DNA of 63,925 nt, counting the filler, from Acetivibrio sp. (lineage in GTDB: Bacteria; Bacillota; Clostridia; Acetivibrionales; Acetivibrionaceae): NCBI RefSeq assembly GCF_035371925.1. It is 3 parts of 3 records of this genome, joined end to end, with 100 filler letters (N's around TTAATTAATTAA, not from the genome) between each part and the next. Parts side by side here need not be neighbours in the genome. Positions count along the whole stretch, not along the records: positions 23,943 to 47,287 come from NZ_DAORXT010000043.1; 2 more parts are not named here. The stretch is one strand, 5' to 3'. This document shows positions 28,700 through 38,692 of the stretch, piece after piece. The position numbers and the translations under genes are program-made. Within the stretch, counting starts at the first letter, position 1. Every line of letters begins with the position of its first letter. Below the pieces are notes generated by a model. It searched no databases, was not told where the DNA came from, and was given only the letters and a program-made list of their open reading frames with translations.

Positions 28700-31351
28700 T
28701 TAACAAACATCCAATTTTATAACATTTAAGTCTTTGCCGAAAACCTCTTGTGCAGCCCTCATCTCTCTATCCTTGCATGTAAAAAATATAATCTGGCACT
28801 CCTTTGACATCTCAAAAAACATTTTAAGAGTATTCTGCACCCTTTTATCATCATAGTGTGCAAACACCTCATCCATAATGAGGGGCAGAACTTCGCCGCC
28901 ATTTTCTATAGTCTTTGCAAGAGCAATTCTTAATGCAAGATACAACTGTTCAACGGTACCGCCGCTTAAAAAAGGCAGTTCCACAATGCGCCGGGTCTCC
29001 GGCTCCAATGTTCTTATCGTGAGGCTGTCATCGGCTCTTACTTCATCGTATTTGTTCTGCGTTATTAAGCCGGCTATGCTGCCAAGCTTATGATTTAGTG
29101 AAGGTGCAAACTCCCTCTTTATTTCAAGGGCTGCTTCTTCAAGGACATTTAACGCAGTCTTCAGGCTAAACCCTATACCTAGAAGACGTTCTTTCTCCCT
29201 TTCAAGTTCTAAAATCTTTACTTCAATCTCCCGAATTTCGTTTTCAATTAAAGTGCCTCTTTCCACCAAAGCCTGTTCCTTGCTTATCTTCAGTACAGTT
29301 TTGTCAATCTCTTCATTTAGCTCTAGAAGTAAATTTTCCAAGTAAATTTCTGCATTTTGAAATTCGGCATCATATATTTTTCCCATGAGCTCTTCATATT
29401 CCGAAGAAGCATCGGCAGTGCCGTAAGCATCTTGAATTTTCACGGAATATTCCTCAATTTTTTCGTAGAGGTCATTTACTTTTAGCTCCATCTTTTCAAG
29501 GCTTTCCGACAAGTCCTCTTTCTTTGCAAAGCTTCCTCCGGAAAGTGAAGACGCCCTTTCGTAAAGGGATTTCAAATACCTGTCAATGTCTTCCTGCTTT
29601 TCATTTAGCCTTTTAAGATTTTCAATGGCTTTTGTATATTTTTCAATACCGTTTCTAAATGCCTCTACATGCTCTATTTTAATTTCATTTTCTTCCAATG
29701 AAATTATACCGCACGTTTCAAGCCTGTCAAGCATTAAAGTTTTAACTTTTTCAATATATGTACGATTCTCTTCCATTTCCCTCTCAAGTTCATCCATACT
29801 GCTGTTTAATTGGGCAAGGTGAAGTACCTTGTTTTCGTAAAAAGCTTTCTTTTTAATAAAATCCCCCGGGTTTTGCGCACCCGCCATGGAAAAAATCCGT
29901 TGGATTTCTTCTTTCTTTGAGGAAAGCTCCCTTTCTATTTCCTTCATTTTTGAAAGCAGTATATTTCTATCCTCATCAAGCCTTTGAAGCTTATCCTTGC
30001 CGGCTTTCCCCATATAAACAAATATCAGCATTATGAGCGCAGAAACAAAGGTCAGCGTTGCCAAAACAGCCTTCTTAGGGGAAAATACAGTACAAATCCC
30101 TGATAAAAGCGTCAAAACTACCAAGATACCAATGCCCGCTTTAATAAGTCCCAGCTTGTAAGAAGCTGCTTTCACATTTTCGTCCGATGTTTCAATATTA
30201 ATATCCCTTTGCTTTTGCTCAAGACTTTTTATACTGTCGGAAAGGCTCTGCACCCTGTCTTCCACATCTTCATCAAAGCTGCGAAAAGCTTTATATTCTT
30301 CAAGCAGCCTCTCAGTCTCTTCAATCTCCTTTTCTAACAGCTCTTGCTTTTTACAAATCCTGTCCTTTTCCTTCAATGCATCTTTTAGCTTATTGTACAA
30401 AATATCAATAAGTCCCGGGTCGTCATTTGCATATTTCGAGCAGAATTCATACTGTTTTTTCATTCTATTGCAAAGCTCTATCTCTGAATTTAAAATCTCT
30501 TTCTCCTTCTCATATTTGTCTGCCTCTTTTATAATCTGGGCAAGCTCCCTTTTCTGCCTCTTTACTTCCTCTATGCTTCTTCTAAGCTCCATGACCTTTT
30601 TTGCCCAGAAAATAGCCTCTCTTTTTTTCTCATAAAGTCTCTTTTGCTCGTAAAGGCCTTTAATTCTTTCTTCTGACTCAAATATTTTTTCTTTCTCTTC
30701 TATAAGAGATTTTTTCTTTAGCATAATCTCATCTAACTTTGAATTTACTATATCCAAAGGCCGTGTCGTACTCCTGTCGGTCCCCACATAGTTTATGAGA
30801 GAATCCTTCAACGCCTCCCTTGCCTTTTTCAGGGAAATTTCCTCCGAGCCTGTCTCTTGGATATTTGTCAGCTTATCCACAAGCTCCTTGCTCCCCGCAT
30901 CGTCAATTCTTGAATCCATCTGGCCTATAAACACGGTCCTTTCAAAACAGGCCTCATTTATGCCCAGGTGTTCCGGCGCAAACAAGAGCCCTTTGTCCTT
31001 GCTTTTCATGAAGCTATCGCTTATGTCATTGAAAGAAGAATCATACACCCTCACCGTATTATTATTAAAATCCCTTTCCACAGTAAATGAAGCTCCGCTG
31101 TCAAGACTGTAAACCATGCTTCCCCCGTAGAAATCTCCCTTCCATGGGCTGTATTTTTTTAAAGGAGAAAGCTTTACGCTTTTCGCATTTTTTCCTCCTT
31201 TCAAAGAATACAGCATCCCCCGGATAAACCATTGAACCGTTGTCTTTCCGGCCTCATTTCCACCGTAGACCAGGTTAAAGCCCTTCGAAAACTCAATTAT
31301 TAAATTGTGAAGCTTTCCAAATCCCTTTATATCAAGTTTTTCAATCCTCAT
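28700..31351 (-). CDS. YhaN/SbcC-like SMC-type ATPase with long coiled coil
   Basis: IKGFGK, GGNEAGKTT (Walker A), LSGG signature, LIMDE (Walker B); central hydrophobic pair. Confidence 0.88.
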   Translation of the reverse strand: MRIEKLDIKGFGKLHNLIIEFSKGFNLVYGGNEAGKTTVQWFIRGMLYSLKGGKNAKSVKLSPLKKYSPWKGDFYGGSMVYSLDSGASFTVERDFNNNTVRVYDSSFNDISDSFMKSKDKGLLFAPEHLGINEACFERTVFIGQMDSRIDDAGSKELVDKLTNIQETGSEEISLKKAREALKDSLINYVGTDRSTTRPLDIVNSKLDEIMLKKKSLIEEKEKIFESEERIKGLYEQKRLYEKKREAIFWAKKVMELRRSIEEVKRQKRELAQIIKEADKYEKEKEILNSEIELCNRMKKQYEFCSKYANDDPGLIDILYNKLKDALKEKDRICKKQELLEKEIEETERLLEEYKAFRSFDEDVEDRVQSLSDSIKSLEQKQRDINIETSDENVKAASYKLGLIKAGIGILVVLTLLSGICTVFSPKKAVLATLTFVSALIMLIFVYMGKAGKDKLQRLDEDRNILLSKMKEIERELSSKKEEIQRIFSMAGAQNPGDFIKKKAFYENKVLHLAQLNSSMDELEREMEENRTYIEKVKTLMLDRLETCGIISLEENEIKIEHVEAFRNGIEKYTKAIENLKRLNEKQEDIDRYLKSLYERASSLSGGSFAKKEDLSESLEKMELKVNDLYEKIEEYSVKIQDAYGTADASSEYEELMGKIYDAEFQNAEIYLENLLLELNEEIDKTVLKISKEQALVERGTLIENEIREIEVKILELEREKERLLGIGFSLKTALNVLEEAALEIKREFAPSLNHKLGSIAGLITQNKYDEVRADDSLTIRTLEPETRRIVELPFLSGGTVEQLYLALRIALAKTIENGGEVLPLIMDEVFAHYDDKRVQNTLKMFFEMSKECQIIFFTCKDREMRAAQEVFGKDLNVIKLDVC

Positions 31352-31366
31352 ATCTGCTCCTTGAAT

Positions 31367-32515
31367 TTACAGTACTTCGACTTTACCCTGTTCCAATGCC
31401 TCAATACCGTATTGCATGGATTTCATGAGAAGATGCTTTTCTCTGGCACTTTCAGCCTTGTTTATCAGGGAAAACATTTTTCTTACAAACAGTCCCTTAA
31501 TCCCCGGCTCGTTCACAAGCTCCTCATAATTGTATTGATTAACCGTTTCATCGCTTACAACGGCATAAAAAAAGCTGTCTTTTATAGCATTGGCTATATT
31601 CGCAGCATTAATACGATATCCCGGCGCGGTATAACCCCTTAAGGTTATATGCACAAGGTCGTCCCGATTTTCATTTTTTACAGCTTCCCGTAAAATCATA
31701 TCTATAATTTGGTCGTCGCTTTCAAAAAAATCGGATTTTATCTCCAAAGATTTATACTGCCTTTTGCAGGTTTTCTCAAACTTTACATAAAGCTTTTTCT
31801 CCCGTTCCGACACAAAATCTATTCTGCCAATAAAGATACCATGCTCCCCTTCCTCGTCAAATCCCAAAGGCTCGGGACTTCCGGGATTGTATATTTTTCC
31901 GTCCTTCCCAATACCCCAAAGAGTATTATGAAAATGCCCCAAAGCAATATAATCCATGCCTAAAAGCGAAAGCTCACTGCTTGTCATGGGATTATACCGG
32001 TTCTTTTTGAAATTCAAATCAACAGTACCGTGAATCAGCAAAATATTAATATGCTTTGGATCCGCTGGCTCCATTCCTTCTATAAGACTTTTTTCTTGAT
32101 GGAAATTGGAAAAGCCCGCACCATACACACAGGCATTATGCTCCTTGAGGAAAACTTTTGGCCTGTCCGCAGAGAGAATATGGACATTTTCACTCCACTC
32201 AAAGTTTCGGTAAAAAGAATTGGAAATATAGGGATCATGATTTCCCGGTACAATAAATACCTTTATTGCGGGAATCTCTCCAAATTTTTTATTTATATAA
32301 TGAATTGTAGACTTTCTTACATGCTCATGCTCATAAAGGTCTCCGCTTACCAGTATGATGTCTACAGCTTCCATTTTTGCAATATCAATTATTCTGTCAA
32401 ACACCTCTAAAAGGTCCTGCCTTCTTTTCTCTGCCGCCAAAAGTTCGGAGCCTAAAGAGCCGAAAGGCGCATCAAGATGAATATCTGAAAAATGCAGAAA
32501 CTTTAACGAATTCAT
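31367..32515 (-). CDS. YhaO/SbcD/Mre11-like metallophosphoesterase (DNA repair exonuclease)
   Basis: SDIHLD, GDLYE, GNHD, HG, ALGHFH, NPGSPE. Confidence 0.9.
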   Translation of the reverse strand: MNSLKFLHFSDIHLDAPFGSLGSELLAAEKRRQDLLEVFDRIIDIAKMEAVDIILVSGDLYEHEHVRKSTIHYINKKFGEIPAIKVFIVPGNHDPYISNSFYRNFEWSENVHILSADRPKVFLKEHNACVYGAGFSNFHQEKSLIEGMEPADPKHINILLIHGTVDLNFKKNRYNPMTSSELSLLGMDYIALGHFHNTLWGIGKDGKIYNPGSPEPLGFDEEGEHGIFIGRIDFVSEREKKLYVKFEKTCKRQYKSLEIKSDFFESDDQIIDMILREAVKNENRDDLVHITLRGYTAPGYRINAANIANAIKDSFFYAVVSDETVNQYNYEELVNEPGIKGLFVRKMFSLINKAESAREKHLLMKSMQYGIEALEQGKVEVL

Positions 32516-32609
32516 ATTTTGCTTGCCACCTCAAAGACTTCTTACTGCCTTGTTCCTTATAGAATATCATATCAAAGTTTCTGCCAAAATGATATATTTA
32601 AATTAAATA

Positions 32610-34202
32610 TTATGTGTCTTTTATACAACCGTCCTGTATGTAAAAGGTGGTATTGATTATCGGTCTGTCTATTTCCTTAATAACGTTTTTTATCTCAATA
32701 AAAACACCGGGATAAGCTTTCTTTAATATCGATATTTCTCCTTCTCCTTTGGTTCTTAATATATCGGAAATGTTCTTTTTCTCCTCCTCAAGCTCCATTA
32801 ATTCACCCTTTATCCGGTTAAACCTCTGTTTGATGCTTTCGGCTTTCAAATCCCCTGCTTTTGCCTGCCGCTCATTACTAAAATAAGCACTTGCCTCAAT
32901 CTTTACCTTTATTAATTCATTCTTTAAACTCTCTATGTTATTTATCACTTCCTGGAGCCTTTCTTTTAATATACTTCTGTTAAACCCTTTAACCGATATA
33001 ACCGTGCGTTTCTCACTGGGTGAGCCTAAAACCGGGGATAATACTTTTGTTTCACACTGTATGTTTCCACCAGATATCTGTCCCTTTGGAGAGTCAATTA
33101 TGACTTCTCTGGCTGTAATATTACTGTTGATGCAATAAAGCCCCACATGGACGCTTCCTTCGCAAATAACTGTGGCATCCGAAATATACTTTGTATAAAT
33201 ATCCTTTTTAGCCCGTATTACCGCTTTGCTTTTACCTGCTATTCCACCTTTGATATAGATACTTCCCTCTTTGCTGATAACCTCTTTTACACTGCCTATC
33301 CCAATAGCCCCAAGTATTTCTACGTCTTGGCTTGCCGTCACGGAAAACCCGTCTGCAACAGTTCCTTTTATACTCACAAAACCGTCAAAATTAATATTCC
33401 CGGTTTTAAAATCCACATCACCATCTATTTCCAAGTGATTCGATACACTTATCTTGCTGCCTTCATAATTTACTGCCCCATTTCTTAATGCACAAAGATA
33501 TGTAACTCCGTCTCTGTGTTCCTCTTTTACCGAGTTTTTATCATAATGCAATGGATGGTTTTTCCCAGGTTTTGCCGGTATCGGATTGCCTTTTACCTAC
33601 TTTCCCGCAACTCCCGAAGTAGGATTTATCCTTTCTCCCAACCAATCTCCAACATTCACCTTGTTTATAAGGTTAAGCTCATAATGGTCCACCCTTCCGT
33701 CCTCTTTTATCTCGGGCTTTGCTTTTTTTATTTCATACATCTTTACTACTGCATCTTCACCATGCTCCGGGGGTATTCCTTCGGCTATCAGGATTTGCCT
33801 GTTATTGCAAAGCTCATTTTGCAGCACGTCCTGCTTAATTCCAAATACAACTCCGGCCCTTTTCAGACTTTCTTCTATTTCCTCTATAAGTCTTCCCCTT
33901 GCATCTTCCAAAAACTCCCTCTCTTCCACGCATAGCCTGATATACGCTTTTAACTCATCGCTTGAAAATTCCACACTTATTCTATCTTTGACCTCACCAA
34001 ATTTTACAGGAGGTTTTGGTGCGAAGAGTATGGCATTTTTTATTGACATAAAACTAGTAATCTTTATTTCTGGATGCTGACCTATTATTTTGTTGAATTC
34101 CTCAACTGACATGCCCTTTTTATAGGACTCAATATAAAAGCCGTCAGCTTTCTTTATTATGCTTATATAATCGGAAAAATACATAATATTTTCCTGTTCC
34201 AT
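32610..34202 (-). pseudogene. FapA (DUF342) family gene interrupted by a single in-frame TAG at 33597-33599
   Basis: The two track ORFs share a frame: ...PTSGVAGK*VKGNPIPAKPGKNHPLHYD...; DUF342 motifs DGDVDFKTGNINFDG and SPSEKRTVISV lie downstream. Confidence 0.85.
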
Positions 34203-34363
34203 TGTAAAATCCCCATTTCTGCGAAAACCATTCTCATTTAGACAATATATTCTTTTTATGCCATCTAATAGAATTGAATTTGATATGAACTGTCATAGAT
34301 AATTATCGGAAAATGAAGTCGTAATATTAAATATAAATACACAGCAGCATATTGAAATATGGT

Positions 34364-35149
34364 TTAATTTCTAAGTCTGTTTCTGTTTCTCTCATACAAG
34401 ACACTTTCAAATGCCACAGCTTCATTTAAAATACTTTCAATACTTTCCAATGTTTCCTGGGATTCAAGACTTGAATTAATCTGATGCTTGAGCATGCTAA
34501 CGGTACTTTTTATATAGTCAAGCTTCACATCCAACCGTTCAAGATCACTTTTTTCTTCTTTAAGCCTGTTAATTATTTTCTCGTCCATCTCAACAATTCT
34601 CTTAATATCCTCATAAACCTTCGGGTCTTCGGTAAAGTTAAGCTTTCTTGTATTTTGTGAAAGTCTTTCCATCAGAGAATTTATATTTGTACGCTCAATG
34701 GCCTTGCTTCTTATACAAAAGTCCTTAAGGAGATTCAAATAAGAGACAGAGAGATTTAATGCATATTCAGCTATTCTCTCCTTTATGTGATTGGATTTGT
34801 CCTTATTATACTCTTTTAATATTTCGTCTTTGTCTTTTATCAAAGCAAAAAGTTTTTTGTAGTACGTGGAATTGGTGTACTTTTTAGTATCTGCAACCAT
34901 TTGCAGACACGTTTTGTTCAGCTTTTTTATTTCCTTCTCCTTTTCTTTATGAAAGAAGCTTTCCTGAAATTTCTCATCAGTAAAGCTTCTTAAAACCAGC
35001 GCAAAATAGAGTACGGCAGCCGGAATAGCAGCATAAATGTGAGGGAATTGCATATATTGCGCAGCTGCTAATCCCGCTCCCAAAAAAATCAAAAGCATAC
35101 CTAAATTTTTATAATAAATAATTGAATTCCAAAAAAGCTTTAGTTTCAT
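34364..35149 (-). CDS. Hypothetical protein: two N-terminal TM helices plus long helical/coiled-coil cytoplasmic domain
   Basis: ATG 35149 with SD AGAGGGGA; hydrophobic LGMLLIFLGAGLAAA and IYAAIPAAVLYFALVL; last gene of the ATPase-pspA operon. Confidence 0.85.
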   Translation of the reverse strand: MKLKLFWNSIIYYKNLGMLLIFLGAGLAAAQYMQFPHIYAAIPAAVLYFALVLRSFTDEKFQESFFHKEKEKEIKKLNKTCLQMVADTKKYTNSTYYKKLFALIKDKDEILKEYNKDKSNHIKERIAEYALNLSVSYLNLLKDFCIRSKAIERTNINSLMERLSQNTRKLNFTEDPKVYEDIKRIVEMDEKIINRLKEEKSDLERLDVKLDYIKSTVSMLKHQINSSLESQETLESIESILNEAVAFESVLYERNRNRLRN

Positions 35150-35167
35150 ATATCCCCTCTTAGTGAA

Positions 35168-35191
35168 ACACACCCCCTGTATGGAGTGTGT
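35168..35191 (-). promoter_or_regulatory. Intra-operon stem-loop after pspA
   Basis: On the mRNA: ACACACUCC-AUACAG-GGGGUGUGU then UUC, immediately before the next SD. Confidence 0.55.
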
Positions 35192-35209
35192 ATTTTAATC
35201 ACAATTATC

Positions 35210-35938
35210 TTATGAATTTGCTTTGTTCTCCGTTTTTTCCTTTACTTCAAATCCCTGCTCTCCGCTTAGCATAGCCTCAGCCCTAGCCCTTGCCCTTTCA
35301 CGAGCGGAATTCATGTCAAGCTTCTTAAGTCTCAGTTCGGTATTTGTATCATTCAGACTTTCAACTGCATTGGCTCTTGCAATCTTCTTGTTAACAATTT
35401 CTCTTGCACGTTCCATATCTTCGTTGATATTTCCAACCCTGTTGTTTTTGGAAGTGTATTTTGCATTCACCGAGTTGATATTTTCCTTGAGCCTTGCCAT
35501 CTTTTCTTGAGTCTTCAGGGTCTTTAATTCATTGAGTTTTGCCGTCATTTCCGCTTCAAACACTTTATAGTTTTCGCGTATATTTTCGACCTCTCTTAAA
35601 GCATTGTCGTGAGTCTCCTTGTATGTCTCATAAGCGGTTTGATATTCCTCTTCCTGCACGAGAAGCTCCACCAAAAGCTCCTTGTCTCCCTGTCTTTGAG
35701 CTGCTTCAATTCTGGCTCTTATCGCATTAAGATTCTTTTCGGCAGTTTTCATTTCAAGTTTTATCATTTCAGCATTTGTCTGAATTTCAATTATTTGCTG
35801 TTCCGCTTCCTTACGGGCCTTGTTTATCTGATTTTTAATGTCTTCGAACAACAAATTCGGGTTGCTTTCTTCAATTCCTCCGACAAACAATCCAAAAAAG
35901 CCTCTAATTAAGCTCCCAAGTCTGCTAAAAAAACCCAT
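35210..35938 (-). CDS. pspA: PspA/IM30 (Vipp1) family protein
   Basis: Amphipathic N-terminus MGFFSRLGSLIRG, NP start of the helical hairpin, continuous coiled coil, LNELKTLKTQEKMARLKENI and ERAREIVNKKIARANA segments. Confidence 0.85.
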   Translation of the reverse strand: MGFFSRLGSLIRGFFGLFVGGIEESNPNLLFEDIKNQINKARKEAEQQIIEIQTNAEMIKLEMKTAEKNLNAIRARIEAAQRQGDKELLVELLVQEEEYQTAYETYKETHDNALREVENIRENYKVFEAEMTAKLNELKTLKTQEKMARLKENINSVNAKYTSKNNRVGNINEDMERAREIVNKKIARANAVESLNDTNTELRLKKLDMNSARERARARAEAMLSGEQGFEVKEKTENKANS

Positions 35939-36036
35939 GGCTAATCCTCCTTGTAAATAAAATCGTTCACCTTTTAATTTATAATAAATATACTCTGTTG
36001 TAAACTGTAAATCAATAAAATTTTATACCAATGTTT

Positions 36037-37659
36037 TTACAAATCCCCGTCAAATTTTGACCTTTCGTCAAGATAATGCCTGTACCTTTCCGGCAAGAGG
36101 TCCTTGTCGTCGCATTCCTTGATTGCCAGCATTGTCATAAACTCTACCTGCTGGGTACTGGGCCTGCATCTTGAAATCGCTTCATTGAGTATTTCTGCCG
36201 TAAGAGTACAGCCTTCTATATTATCCTCATTTGCAATTTCATAGGCCTTCCTTACCACCGTCTCAATTTCTGCACCGGTATAATTTTCCGTTTGAGCGGC
36301 AAAAGGTGTAAAGTCCTCTATATCTGTTTCAAAGCCATATTTCTTTATCATTATTCTAAATATGTCCGCTCTTTCGTCCTCCTCCGGAAGAAGTATGGGG
36401 ATTTTCTTGTCAAACCTTCCGGCTCTTTTTAAAGCAGCGTCCAAAAGGTCAGGCCTGTTTGTTGCGGCAATAAAAATAACCTTACCCCTATTATTTGTAT
36501 TACTGGTAAACTGCAAAAATTCACTAAAAATATTCCTGCTTACTCCATTGTCTCCGCTTTCCCCTCTTCTGAAGGCCGTATCTATCTCATCAACAAATAC
36601 GATTACCGGTTGCTGGGACTGGGCACCTAAGAGGCATTTTTTGAAGTTTTTCTCGCTCTCTCCCACATATTGCCCCAATATCCTGGACATATCAATCTTT
36701 ACACAGTTAAATCCGCTTGATTTTGCCAGCGCATTTACAAGTAAAGTCTTACCGGTACCCGACGGTCCACATAAAAGTATTCCCATCGGCACCCGTCTTA
36801 AGTCGCCTTTCTTTATCGGTTCCACAATATTTTTGAGAAGATAGTTCTTGGCCCGTTCCATACCTCCGATGTCTTCAAAGCTTATTTCGGGGTATATAAA
36901 CTCCAAAACATCCCCGTACTCTTTTTTCAGCACAGAATGCTTTTTGTCTTTTATAAAATCAAAGCTTATCGGCACATCTTCTGCTTCAGCTTTCAGCTTT
37001 ATGTCCTTTATAGCCTTTTTGCTAAGACCCGACGAAAGCTTGGCAAACTCGTCAACGGAAATATCCATTTTTATATTTTCATCTTTTAAAAGATATTCTA
37101 TGTATTCTCTGCGCTCCTCCTCATCCGGCAGCTCCACAAGAATCGGCTCCACCCTGTAAGACGAATTCAAAATCTCACTGCTCACTTCGGCCAGGTTGTT
37201 TGCAGTCATAATTATTGTGCTTCCCACCGTGGAGATTTTCGGGTCGTTTGACCACTCGCAAAGCCAGATAAGCGCCATTCTCTCTTCCAGCGACATGGAA
37301 GCCGTATCTCCGGAAGGAATTATTTTCTCCGCATGCTCAATAAACAGAACCATTTTTGTGTTCTTTAGCGCAATATCAATGTACGGAAATATTTTTGACG
37401 GCAGCACTCTTTTTAATCCTATGGCCTCATTTGATGTTATTTTGTTGAATTCCCTTTCCATTCCCGGCTCTAAAAAGCTAAGGCCTCTTGAAATGTCATA
37501 GAATGCCACTATCGAAAAACCTCTTTGCTTTATAAACTCCTCATAAATATACCTGTCTATATACCGGTAATTGTCCACCATATCCCGGATGTTGAAATAC
37601 AGAATAAATTCATGGGATATTCCTGCTTTATAAATGCTTAAAAACTTGTCAAACCACAT
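36037..37659 (-). CDS. Classical-clade AAA+ ATPase with degenerate N-terminal AAA module (Ycf46/CDC48-like architecture)
   Basis: EDIGGMERAK, Walker A GPSGTGKT, pore loop GQYVGESEK, Walker B IVFVDEID, SRH ATNRPDLLDAALKRAGRFD; N-terminal half has only a decayed Walker B (VLFIEHAE). Confidence 0.92.
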   Translation of the reverse strand: MWFDKFLSIYKAGISHEFILYFNIRDMVDNYRYIDRYIYEEFIKQRGFSIVAFYDISRGLSFLEPGMEREFNKITSNEAIGLKRVLPSKIFPYIDIALKNTKMVLFIEHAEKIIPSGDTASMSLEERMALIWLCEWSNDPKISTVGSTIIMTANNLAEVSSEILNSSYRVEPILVELPDEEERREYIEYLLKDENIKMDISVDEFAKLSSGLSKKAIKDIKLKAEAEDVPISFDFIKDKKHSVLKKEYGDVLEFIYPEISFEDIGGMERAKNYLLKNIVEPIKKGDLRRVPMGILLCGPSGTGKTLLVNALAKSSGFNCVKIDMSRILGQYVGESEKNFKKCLLGAQSQQPVIVFVDEIDTAFRRGESGDNGVSRNIFSEFLQFTSNTNNRGKVIFIAATNRPDLLDAALKRAGRFDKKIPILLPEEDERADIFRIMIKKYGFETDIEDFTPFAAQTENYTGAEIETVVRKAYEIANEDNIEGCTLTAEILNEAISRCRPSTQQVEFMTMLAIKECDDKDLLPERYRHYLDERSKFDGDL

Positions 37660-37709
37660 TTTTTGCTTTTAATCCTCCTACAAGATAATGCCTTGCAACT
37701 TATACAGTA

Positions 37710-37738
37710 ATTATACGATATTTTTACGAAAAGTTCAC
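37710..37738 (-). promoter_or_regulatory. Candidate promoter of the ATPase-pspA operon
   Basis: GTGAAC, 17 nt, TATAAT on the minus strand; also contains CGTA, so an ECF-type reading is possible. Confidence 0.45.
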
Positions 37739-37801
37739 TAGATGTCAAGAAAAACCTTTGAGCATATTTGGTATCCCGGAATATATCAATTATCAGTATC
37801 T

Positions 37802-38284
37802 TTAAGTTGTATTATCCTCTTCTATCGCAATATTTATTTTAAATCTTCCGAAAGAAGTAGTACAGTCCATGGATACCGGTTCAACCTTCGGTACGGTAAT
37901 AAGAGCATCCTTGCCTTCCAGGACTATAGGTGGTGCCGCCTTAATCTCTGCCGAATACAAGCTGTTCAGCTCTTCTATGGCGTTATTGGCAATAATTTTA
38001 CTCAGTGTCTCAACAGATTCCAATGCCATATTTTTGTTTTCAGGATTGAAATCTCCCTCATTCATGTTTTTTGCCACCGCAAAAGCCAGATCCTTTTCCA
38101 TATCAATCAAAAATCTTCCCCTTACATTGCCGAAAAAATTAATGATAGAGGCGACACCAAGGGATTTGATATCTTCATTTTGCGTGTAAAAGGACCCTTC
38201 CGTACAGATCTCAATATCCGCATTCTTCCGAAAGAAATTCTTTACACTCTCCGTGAACGGAACATATAAACGATCACTTGCCAT
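37802..38284 (-). CDS. cheX: Chemotaxis phosphatase CheX-like protein
   Basis: VASIINFFGNVRGRFLIDM...ESVETLSKIIANNA...APPIV...TSFGRFKINIA. Confidence 0.8.
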   Translation of the reverse strand: MASDRLYVPFTESVKNFFRKNADIEICTEGSFYTQNEDIKSLGVASIINFFGNVRGRFLIDMEKDLAFAVAKNMNEGDFNPENKNMALESVETLSKIIANNAIEELNSLYSAEIKAAPPIVLEGKDALITVPKVEPVSMDCTTSFGRFKINIAIEEDNTT

Positions 38285-38692
38285 CCCTGCCCTCCTTTTA
38301 CCTTGCTTGTCATTGGTTGCAAACAGTCCTGAAAGGTATGTTTTTTACATCGTCTTTTAAAAGTTTTCTATGTAGTTTTTCGTCTATTTTATATCATACC
38401 ATAATATTAACTGTTCAATAAACATTTACAGATTTATTTTGTAATTATAAAAATAAGTAAAAAATCACAAAAAAACATAATAATGTCTTAAATGTTTTCT
38501 CATTACTATGTCACGCATGTTTTTATCATAAAATATTCCCTTATTCATCAAACTTAGTATTCTCAAAAGCTTATTGAAAAAGAATACATATTGATTTTGG
38601 AATAAATAATTTACGCTTTTGAAATGCTATAAAGTATACGTAAAGAACACAATCGCTATATTAACTACAACATGCCGTTTAAGGAGGTATTT

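Noticed and set aside
2062..33599. Two genes each broken by a lone TAG suggested amber recoding (for example pyrrolysine)
   Set aside because: TAG is a normal stop elsewhere in the window (DUF2935 at 7959-7961, cheR at 62792-62794, MCP at 63740-63742), and no pyl genes or suppressor tRNA are visible; independent nonsense mutations or errors are simpler.
36069..37693. 13-bp direct repeat CAAGATAATGCCT at 36069-36081 and 37681-37693 flanking the AAA ATPase
   Set aside because: One copy is inside the coding sequence, there is no recombinase or terminal structure, and a single 13-mer match in AT-rich DNA can occur by chance.
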